Assembly (NCBI GenBank): GCA_045863395.1 | Contig: BTVJ01000014.1 | Span: forward strand, 75,309 to 139,308 | Direction: 5' to 3' | Length of the DNA stretch: 64,000 bases | Source: Myxococcales bacterium | GTDB lineage: Bacteria; Myxococcota_A; UBA9042; JABWCM01; BTVJ01 | In this document: piece by piece, positions 17,314 to 26,160 of the stretch | How the letters are laid out: each line of letters begins with the position of its first letter | Position numbering within the stretch: position 1 is the stretch's first letter | Notes under the pieces: generated by a model | Databases searched by the model: none | Told to the model about the DNA's origin: nothing | Seen by the model: only the letters and a program-made list of their open reading frames with translations | Translations under genes and position numbers: made by a program

Positions 17314-17772
17314 GTGCGCTCCGACCCCCGCATCTCCATCCTGCGCGACCCCCGCGAGGACCCGCGGAAGTGCTCTCTCAGGGGCCTGCACGGGCGGCCG
17401 GACGTCGCGTTCCACCGCTGGCGCGCCGACCGCACGTGGGACGCAATCGGGCGTGTCCTGCTCGCGGTCGGGGCGCCCGTGCTGGCGCCCGAGGACGCTG
17501 CGGCGGGACTCCTGCTCCTGGACTGCTCCTGGCGGCGAGTCCCCTCCCTGCGGCGGTGCCTGCTCGGGGACCCGGTCGAGCGATCACTGCCCCCGCTTCG
17601 TACTGCCTACCCTCGCACTGCCCGGGCGGGTACGGACCCGGACGCCGGTCTCGCCAGCATCGAGGCACTCTACGCGGCGGTGGCCCTGCTCTGGGGGCCG
17701 GACCCGACCCTGCTGGACGGTTACCCGTCTGCGGCGGCCTTCCTGGCGCAGAACCCGCACCTGGGGACATAA
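17314..17772 (+). CDS. Tsr3/DUF367-like (TDD superfamily) putative aminocarboxypropyltransferase
   Basis: DPREDPRKCSL, LLDCSW, RSLPPL, LASIEAL parallel the Tsr3 motifs DPKxCS, DCSW, RxLP, LSxxEA. GTG directly follows the upstream TGA. Confidence 0.72.
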   Translation: MRSDPRISILRDPREDPRKCSLRGLHGRPDVAFHRWRADRTWDAIGRVLLAVGAPVLAPEDAAAGLLLLDCSWRRVPSLRRCLLGDPVERSLPPLRTAYPRTARAGTDPDAGLASIEALYAAVALLWGPDPTLLDGYPSAAAFLAQNPHLGT

Positions 17773-17789
17773 TTGGACGTCGATATCCG

Positions 17790-17818
17790 TTGACTGCCGG
17801 GCTCCCGTGATGCATCCT
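17790..17818 (+). promoter_or_regulatory. Candidate sigma70 promoter of the suf operon
   Basis: TTGACT-N17-CATCCT at the start of the AT-rich intergenic region. Confidence 0.4.
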
Positions 17819-17875
17819 GCGCCCAACCAATGCGCATGTTTGTTGAAATATCGAAGTCGTCACAAAGGGTTATCT

Positions 17876-17900
17876 AAGTACGACTGATTTGGTCCTGTTT
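17876..17900. promoter_or_regulatory. IscR/Rrf2-type operator upstream of sufB
   Basis: AAGTAC-GACT-GATTT-GGTC-CTGTTT: a 25-bp imperfect palindrome with the GACY-N5-RGTC core of IscR type-1 sites. Confidence 0.55.
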
Positions 17901-17958
17901 TTTCCATAGGCGCTGTGCTAAGGAAGCGCCAGCATCGGGGGAGGAAGCGGAGGACACG

Positions 17959-19401
<1,443 letters not shown>

Positions 19402-19423
19402 CACGAACCACACAGAGATCACC

Positions 19424-20179
19424 ATGCTGAAGATCGAGAGTCTGGAGGCCCGGGTAGAGGGCAAGGAGATCCTGCGGGGCATCGACCTGGAGGTGAAGGC
19501 CGGGGAGGTGCACGCCATCATGGGGCCCAACGGCTCCGGCAAGAGCACCCTCGCCAATGTGCTCGCCGGGCGCGGCGGCTACGAGGTCACTGGCGGCTCC
19601 GTCTCCCTGTGGGGCAAGGACCTGCTCGCCATGGCCGCCGAGGAGCGCGCCCGCGAGGGGGTGTTCCTGGCCTTTCAGTACCCGGTGGAGATCCCGGGCG
19701 TCGGCAACACCTACTTCATGCGGACGGCGCTCAACGCCATCCGCAAGCATCGAGGGGAGGAGGAGCTCGACGCCATGGACTTCCTGGCGCTGATCAAACA
19801 GAAGATGAAGATCGTGGACATGCCCCAGACGCTCATGAGCCGGGCGGTCAACGAGGGGTTCTCTGGAGGGGAGAAGAAGCGCAACGAGATCCTGCAGATG
19901 CTGGTGCTGGATCCGCGGCTCGCCATCCTCGACGAGACGGACTCGGGGCTCGACATCGACGCGCTGAAGCTGGTGTCCCAAGGGGTCAACCACCTGCGGG
20001 AGCGCGGGGACCGGGGCATCCTCATGATCACGCACTACCAGCGGCTCCTCGACCACATCGTGCCCGACCGGGTGCACGTGCTCGCCGAGGGGCGGATCCT
20101 GCGCTCCGGCGACAAGGAGCTGGCGCTGGAGCTGGAGCGGACCGGGTACGCCGGCATCGTGGACGCGGCACGCGCCTGA
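19424..20179 (+). CDS. sufC: Fe-S cluster assembly ATPase SufC
   Basis: GPNGSGKST, FLAFQYPVEIPGV, GFSGGEKKRNE, LDETDSGLD, ITHYQRLL; ATG 19424. Confidence 0.98.
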   Translation: MLKIESLEARVEGKEILRGIDLEVKAGEVHAIMGPNGSGKSTLANVLAGRGGYEVTGGSVSLWGKDLLAMAAEERAREGVFLAFQYPVEIPGVGNTYFMRTALNAIRKHRGEEELDAMDFLALIKQKMKIVDMPQTLMSRAVNEGFSGGEKKRNEILQMLVLDPRLAILDETDSGLDIDALKLVSQGVNHLRERGDRGILMITHYQRLLDHIVPDRVHVLAEGRILRSGDKELALELERTGYAGIVDAARA

Positions 20180-20189
20180 GGAGGGTCGG

Positions 20190-21470
20190 ATGGACGACAG
20201 GCTGCCGACCGGTCCCTGGGTCGACGACGCGCCCGTGGTGAGCGACTGGACCGCCGGGCTGCGCCGCGCGGGGCTGGAGCGCTTCCAGGCGCTCGGGTTT
20301 CCGACCACCCGGGACGAGGCGTGGAAGTACACGAACCTGGCGCCGCTGGCGCGAGGTGGATTTCGCGTGGGGCGCGAGGCGCAGGCGGCCCCCGCTGGCA
20401 TCGCGGAGCGGTGGGGCCTTGGGGGCGCCCGCGTCGTGATCGTGGACGGGCACTTCGACCGGGGGGCGAGCCGGTTGGGGGTTGGAGCGGGCGCCCGGCT
20501 CGTGCCCCTTGGGCTGGCTCTCGCGGAGCATCGTGAGCTGGTGGAGCCGCTCCTCGGCGCCTGTGCACCGGAGGGTGACGCCATGGCGTCGCTCAACCAG
20601 GCTCACCTCGGGGACGGGCTCGTGCTCCACGTGCAGGCGGGCGTCGACCTCGAGGAGCCCATCGTCGTGCTCCACGTGGGGCTCGGCGCCGGCATCGTGA
20701 GCCACCCGCGGACCTTGATTGCGCTCGAGACCGGTGCGCGGGCGCGCGTCGTCGAGGTCTGGGTGACGGAGGGGCAGGGCGCCCGCGCCTCCAACGCCGT
20801 GACCGAGGTGTCGCTGGCGGACGGCGCGACGCTCGAGCACTGCTCCGTGGGGGCCGAGGGACCCGATGCCCTGCGGACCGCGGCGCTGTTTGCTCGTGTC
20901 GGGCGCTCGGCAACGCTGCGCTCGGGTTCTTACGCCTTCGGGGCGGGGCTGGGCCGCGCGGAGGTGTCGGTCACGCTCGGGGAGGGCGCCGAGTGCGACC
21001 TGAGCGGGCTCACCCTGGTGGGAGGCAAGCGCCACGCGGACGTGCGGACCTTCGTGGACCACGCGGCGCCCCACGGTACGAGCCGCCAGACCTTCAAGGG
21101 CATCGCCGGCGGGGCGGGGCGCACCGTGTTCAACGGGCGGGTCCTCGTGCGGCCCGGGGCGCAGAAGACGGACGCCCGGCAGAGCAGCCAGAACCTGCTG
21201 CTCAGTGAGCGCGCCTGGGCGGATACGCGGCCCCAGCTCGAGATCTTCGCCGACGACGTGAAGTGCGCCCACGGGGCGACGGTGGGGCAGCTCGACGAGG
21301 AGGCGCTGTTCTACCTGCGGGCGCGGGGGATTGGGGCAACCGAAGCCCAGGCCCTGCTGACGGAGGCCTTTGCGGGGGAGGTGCTCGACTCCTGCCCCAC
21401 CGAGGCCCTGCGCCCCACGCTGCGGGCAGTGCTGTCGGAGCGTCTGACCACGGGGGAGGAGATGCCATGA
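20190..21470 (+). CDS. sufD: Fe-S cluster assembly protein SufD
   Basis: FPTTRDEAWKYT, VFNGRV, PQLEIFADDVKCAHGAT, FYLRARGI. Confidence 0.96.
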   Translation: MDDRLPTGPWVDDAPVVSDWTAGLRRAGLERFQALGFPTTRDEAWKYTNLAPLARGGFRVGREAQAAPAGIAERWGLGGARVVIVDGHFDRGASRLGVGAGARLVPLGLALAEHRELVEPLLGACAPEGDAMASLNQAHLGDGLVLHVQAGVDLEEPIVVLHVGLGAGIVSHPRTLIALETGARARVVEVWVTEGQGARASNAVTEVSLADGATLEHCSVGAEGPDALRTAALFARVGRSATLRSGSYAFGAGLGRAEVSVTLGEGAECDLSGLTLVGGKRHADVRTFVDHAAPHGTSRQTFKGIAGGAGRTVFNGRVLVRPGAQKTDARQSSQNLLLSERAWADTRPQLEIFADDVKCAHGATVGQLDEEALFYLRARGIGATEAQALLTEAFAGEVLDSCPTEALRPTLRAVLSERLTTGEEMP

Positions 21471-22717
21471 TCGCGATGGTGGAGGCGCCGCGGGCGCCAG
21501 CCCTTGACGTGGAGGCCATTCGCGCCCAGTTCCCCGTGCTGCACCAGCAGACCCACGGAAAGCCCCTGGTCTACATGGACAGCGCGGCGACCACGCAGAA
21601 GCCGCAGGCCGTCATCGACGCGGTGAGCCGGTACTACGAGGAGGACAACGCCAACATCCACCGGGGCGTCTACGAGCTGAGCCAGCGGGCCACCGATGCC
21701 TACGAAGGGGGGCGCAAGACCGTGGCGCGGTTCCTCAACGCGCGCTCCGAGCGAGAGATCGTCTTCGTGCGAGGCACCACCGAGGCGATCAACCTTGTGG
21801 CGGCCACCTTCGGGCGGAGCCGGGTGGGGGCGGGTGACGAGATCCTCATCACGGGCATGGAGCACCACTCCAACATCGTGCCCTGGCAGCTCCTGTGCGA
21901 GCAGACCGGGGCGCGCCTGGTGGTGGCGCCCATCGACGACGACGGGGCGCTGCCCCTCGACGAGCTGGAGCGGCGCATTGGGGACCGCACGAAGCTGCTC
22001 GGCCTGGTCCACCAGTCGAACGCCCTCGGCACCATCAACCCCGCGCGCCGCATCGTCGAGCTGGCGCACGCGCGAGGGGTGCCGGTCCTGCTGGACGCCG
22101 CCCAGTCCGTGGCCCACATGCCCGTGGACGTGCAGGAGCTCGGCTGCGACTTCCTCGCGTTCTCGGGCCACAAGATCTTCGGGCCCACGGGCATCGGGGT
22201 CCTCTATGGGCGCCAGGAGCTGCTCGAGGCCATGCCCCCGTGGCAGGGCGGCGGGGACATGATCCTGTCGGTGTCCTTCGAGAGGACCACCTACAACCGG
22301 GTGCCGTGGAAGTTCGAGGCGGGGACGCCCCACATCGCCGGCGTGGTGGGGCTCGCGGCGGCCATCCGGTGGCTCCAGGGCGTGGGGCTCGGGGCGGTCG
22401 CCGCCTGGGAGAGCGAGCTGCTCGCCTACGCCACGCGAGCGCTGCGAGACGTACCTGGGCTGCGGCTCATCGGGACGGCCTCCGAGAAGGGCCCCATCCT
22501 GTCCTTCGTGCTGGAGGGGGTCCACCCCCACGACATCGGCACGATCCTCGATGGCGAGGGGGTCGCCATCCGCGCCGGCCACCACTGCGTCCAGCCGGTG
22601 ATGACCCGGTTCGGGGTGCCCGCGACGGCGCGGGCCTCGCTCGCGCTCTACAACACCATCGCAGAGGTGGACGTGCTGGTCCGGGCCATCCACAAGGTGG
22701 GGGAGATCTTCCGATGA
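21467..22717 (+). CDS. sufS: Cysteine desulfurase SufS
   Basis: YMDSAATTQKP, MEHHSNIVPW, FSGHK (PLP lysine), RAGHHC; ATGA overlap with sufD. Confidence 0.97.
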   Translation: MIAMVEAPRAPALDVEAIRAQFPVLHQQTHGKPLVYMDSAATTQKPQAVIDAVSRYYEEDNANIHRGVYELSQRATDAYEGGRKTVARFLNARSEREIVFVRGTTEAINLVAATFGRSRVGAGDEILITGMEHHSNIVPWQLLCEQTGARLVVAPIDDDGALPLDELERRIGDRTKLLGLVHQSNALGTINPARRIVELAHARGVPVLLDAAQSVAHMPVDVQELGCDFLAFSGHKIFGPTGIGVLYGRQELLEAMPPWQGGGDMILSVSFERTTYNRVPWKFEAGTPHIAGVVGLAAAIRWLQGVGLGAVAAWESELLAYATRALRDVPGLRLIGTASEKGPILSFVLEGVHPHDIGTILDGEGVAIRAGHHCVQPVMTRFGVPATARASLALYNTIAEVDVLVRAIHKVGEIFR

Positions 22718-23160
22718 GCATGGACCTGCGCGACCTCTACCAGGAGGTCATCCTGGATCACAACCGGCGCCCCCGGAACTTCCACGCGATGGACGGCTCG
22801 ACGGGGCACGCGGTCGGGCACAACCCGCTCTGCGGCGATCAGGTCACCGTGTGGGTGGCGGTGCGGGACGGGCTCGTGACGGACGTCAGCTTTCAGGGCT
22901 CCGGCTGCGCCATCTCTACTGCGTCGGCCTCCGTCATGACCGAGGTGCTGCGGGGCAAGTCGGTGGCCGAGGCGGAGCGCCTGTATCACGTCTTCCACGA
23001 GCTGGTGACCGATGGGGCGGAGGTGACCGAAGACCTCGGCAAGCTCGCTGTCTTTGCGGGCGTCGGGCAGTATCCGGCGCGGGTCAAGTGCGCGTCCCTC
23101 GCCTGGCACACGGTCCACGCCGCGCTGACCGGTGAGGCGGAGACCATCTCTACGGAGTAG
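22714..23160 (+). CDS. sufU: SUF system NifU-family sulfur transfer protein SufU
   Basis: LYQEVILDH, NPLCGD, GCAIS, RVKCA; ATGA overlap with sufS. Confidence 0.95.
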   Translation: MSMDLRDLYQEVILDHNRRPRNFHAMDGSTGHAVGHNPLCGDQVTVWVAVRDGLVTDVSFQGSGCAISTASASVMTEVLRGKSVAEAERLYHVFHELVTDGAEVTEDLGKLAVFAGVGQYPARVKCASLAWHTVHAALTGEAETISTE

Positions 23161-23166
23161 GAGCCC

Positions 23167-23553
23167 ATGAATCATCTCGCCCACGACGAGGATCTGGACG
23201 GCTTCTCCACGCGGCTCGCGCCCCCACCACGGGCCCCGGTCGCGGCGGACAGCCCCCTGAAGGACCGCATCGTCGACGCGCTGAAGACGGTGTACGACCC
23301 CGAGATTCCCGTGGACATCTGGGAGCTCGGGTTGATCTACGACGTGCTGATTCGCGCGGACAACACCGTCGCCTTGACCATGACCCTCACGTCGCCGTTC
23401 TGCCCCGTGGCGGGCATCCTCCCTGGCGAGGTGGAGGCGAAGGTGCGCGCAGTAGACGGCGTGACCGACGTGACCCTGGAGCTGGTCTGGGATCCGCCCT
23501 GGTCGCCGGAGCTCATGTCCGAGGGGGCGAAGCTGGAGCTCGGGTTCTTCTGA
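23167..23553 (+). CDS. sufT: DUF59/SufT Fe-S maturation protein
   Basis: VYDPEIPVDIWELGLIY, TLTSPFCP, WDPPW. Confidence 0.88.
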   Translation: MNHLAHDEDLDGFSTRLAPPPRAPVAADSPLKDRIVDALKTVYDPEIPVDIWELGLIYDVLIRADNTVALTMTLTSPFCPVAGILPGEVEAKVRAVDGVTDVTLELVWDPPWSPELMSEGAKLELGFF

Positions 23554-23606
23554 GACGGGCGCTGCTCGGGGCCCCCAGCGCACGCCATTGCGGTCCCACT
23601 CGGGAC

Positions 23607-23635
23607 TTGTCGTAGCCAAATGCCAGGCGTATCCT
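23607..23635 (+). promoter_or_regulatory. Candidate sigma70 promoter for the 23655-28731 gene pair
   Basis: TTGTCG-N17-TATCCT followed by GAGG and GTG 23655. Confidence 0.5.
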
Positions 23636-23654
23636 CGCGGCACGAGGTCTACCC

Positions 23655-26147
23655 GTGAGATGCGCGCTCCCCCCGATGGTGGCCATGCTGACGTTCGCGC
23701 TTGCCGCCTGTGGGGACGGAGCGCCACCGATGCCTCCGCCCGGCACTGGCAGCGACGCCGACTCGACGGCCTCGGACGCGGGCGTCGCGCCCGATGCCGC
23801 TGCCGAAGTGACTGAGACCCCCGACGTACCCACCCAGGACGCCGCCGAACCAACCGACGCCGAGTCGAGCACGGATGCGGCGGACGGCGTGGACGTCGGC
23901 TGGGGCGACGTGGGCTTCGACGCCGTGGATGGCTCCTGGGACGCCGGGCAGGACGCCGCCCAGGACTCCGGGCAGGGCGCCGGGGATGCAGACGGGGACA
24001 CGGATGCCGCCGGCGGACCGGTCCCTTGCGCAGAGGACGCCGACTGCGACGACGGCTGGGCGTGCACCGCGGACGCCTGCGTCGCCGCGGCCTGCCAGCA
24101 CGTGGCGGTGGCGGGGTGCGTCGAGGTGGCCTGCTTCACGGACGGCGCGTGCGGGGGGAGCCCCTGCGAGACGTGGGCCTGCGAGCCGTGCGCTCCGCCC
24201 CACGCAGGCTGTCCGGACGGGGCGCGGGGGTGCAGGCGGCTCGCCCTGACCGTGTGCGACGACGGTGAGCCCTGCACCGTGGACACATGCGAGGCGGGCG
24301 GGTGCAGCCACAACCCCGTGGACTGCGACGACGGCGACCCGTGCACCACCGACGGGTGTGACCAGGACGGCGGGTGTACGCACGCCGCGGATTCGGCCTG
24401 CGGGTGCGCCGCGGACGGAGAGTGCGACGACGGCGACGGCTGCACCACCGACTCGTGTGTGGCTGGGGGCTGCGTCCACGCCGCCCTGTCGTGCCTCGAC
24501 GCGGACCCCTGCACGGTGGACGCGTGCCAAGGCGGGGCCTGCGTCCACACGCCGGTGGTGTGCGACGATGGCGACCCATGCACGGGCGACGCCTGCGACG
24601 CGTTCACTGGCCTCTGCGCCGCTGCGCCCCTCTGCAGCGACGGGGACCCATGCACTGTGGACTCGTGCGCTGCCGGGGCGTGCTCCCAGTCTCCGCTCGA
24701 CTGCGACGACGGCGATCCCTGCACGGAGGACGTGTGCGTCGCGGGAGCCTGCGCGTCGACGCTGGACCTCGGCTGTGCTGCCTGCGCCGCCGGGGTCTGC
24801 GACGACGGCAACGCCTGCACCGTCGACGCCTGCGACGGCGGCGCCTGCTCCCACGCGCCCCTGAGCTGCGACGACGGGGACCCGTGCACGACCGACGGGT
24901 GCAAGCCGCTGTCGGGCTGCGTCGCGGCGGCGCTCTTCTGCGACGACGGCAACCCGTGCACCGTCGACTCGTGCGGAGCGGGCGGGTGCTCGTTCGCGCC
25001 CGTCGCGTGCGATGACGGCGACGCCTGCACGACGGACGCCTGCGTCCTGGGCCTGGGCTGCCAGAGTGTTCCATCGCTCTGCCCGGACGACGACCCCTGC
25101 GCCGACTTCGCGTGCGACGCGCTGGCGGGCTGCATCGCGCTGCCCGTGGACTGCACGGACGGGGACCCGTGCACCGACGACGGGTGTGCCGGGGGAGCGT
25201 GCGTCCACGCCCCGACCGCCTGCGACCTCGACGACGATCCGTGCACCTGGGACGGCTGCATCCAGGGCTCCGGCTGCACCTACCCGCTGCTCGGTTGCAC
25301 GGACTTCGATGCGTGCACCCAGGATCTGTGCGACCCAGCGACGGGGTGCTCTTACGTGGTGGTGTCCTGCGACGACGGACTCGCGTGTACCGCGGACACC
25401 TGCGACCCGAGCGCCGGCTGTCTCCACGAGGTCCTCTGCGACGACGGGGTGCCATGTACCACTGACCTGTGCACCGCGTCCGGGTGCGTCCACGCAGCGA
25501 CGTGCGACGACGGCGACCCGTGCACCACGGACACGTGCTCCGGCGGCGCGTGCGCCCACGGCGTCGTGCCGTGCCACGACGACCTCCCCTGCACCCTCGA
25601 CGGGTGCGATTCGGGCACCGGCGCGTGCACCCATACGCCGCTCGCCGGATGCACCGGCTGCTCCGTGAGCCTCTGCGACGACGGGGACCCTTGCACCGAA
25701 GACGAGTGCAGCGCGGGCGACACCTGCGTCCACTCCCCACTCTCCTGCGATGACGGCAACGCCTGCACCGCGGACTCCTGTGCACCTGGCGGGTGCGTCC
25801 ATGCGCAGGCCCCGTGCGACGACGGCGACGCCTGCACCCTGGACCTCTGCGATCCGCTGAGCGGCGCGTGCTTCACGGTCGAGACGGACTGCGGCGACGG
25901 CGACCCATGCACCCTGGACTCCTGCGCCGGTGGGCTGTGCGCGTCCGTGCCCATTCCGGGCTGTGGCGGCTGCGCTGGCGACGCCGACTGCGCCGACGGA
26001 GAGCCCTGCACGGCGGACACCTGCGAAGCCGGCGCCTGCGCTCACGGGGCGGTGTCCTGCGACGACGGCGACCCCTGCACGGCCGACGGGTGCAACGGCC
26101 TGACGGGGGCGTGCGACCACGCGACGCTGCCCGGCTGTGTTCCATGA
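23655..26147 (+). CDS. Lipoprotein with ~26 Cys/Asp-rich CDDGxPCTxDxC repeats (Dictyostelium-type repeat)
   Basis: Lipobox ALAA-C; acidic linker; 26 repeat units counted in the translation. Confidence 0.88.
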   Translation: MRCALPPMVAMLTFALAACGDGAPPMPPPGTGSDADSTASDAGVAPDAAAEVTETPDVPTQDAAEPTDAESSTDAADGVDVGWGDVGFDAVDGSWDAGQDAAQDSGQGAGDADGDTDAAGGPVPCAEDADCDDGWACTADACVAAACQHVAVAGCVEVACFTDGACGGSPCETWACEPCAPPHAGCPDGARGCRRLALTVCDDGEPCTVDTCEAGGCSHNPVDCDDGDPCTTDGCDQDGGCTHAADSACGCAADGECDDGDGCTTDSCVAGGCVHAALSCLDADPCTVDACQGGACVHTPVVCDDGDPCTGDACDAFTGLCAAAPLCSDGDPCTVDSCAAGACSQSPLDCDDGDPCTEDVCVAGACASTLDLGCAACAAGVCDDGNACTVDACDGGACSHAPLSCDDGDPCTTDGCKPLSGCVAAALFCDDGNPCTVDSCGAGGCSFAPVACDDGDACTTDACVLGLGCQSVPSLCPDDDPCADFACDALAGCIALPVDCTDGDPCTDDGCAGGACVHAPTACDLDDDPCTWDGCIQGSGCTYPLLGCTDFDACTQDLCDPATGCSYVVVSCDDGLACTADTCDPSAGCLHEVLCDDGVPCTTDLCTASGCVHAATCDDGDPCTTDTCSGGACAHGVVPCHDDLPCTLDGCDSGTGACTHTPLAGCTGCSVSLCDDGDPCTEDECSAGDTCVHSPLSCDDGNACTADSCAPGGCVHAQAPCDDGDACTLDLCDPLSGACFTVETDCGDGDPCTLDSCAGGLCASVPIPGCGGCAGDADCADGEPCTADTCEAGACAHGAVSCDDGDPCTADGCNGLTGACDHATLPGCVP
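24043..26140 (+). repeat. Intragenic imperfect tandem repeat, about 66-75 bp unit
   Basis: Recurrent tgcgacgacggcgacccgtgcacc-like units. Confidence 0.85.
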
Positions 26148-26160
26148 AGGAGGCTACCCC

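Noticed and set aside
24043..26140. Periodic DNA repeats as a possible CRISPR array
   Set aside because: Degenerate at third codon positions, in frame, encoding Cys repeats; no cas genes.
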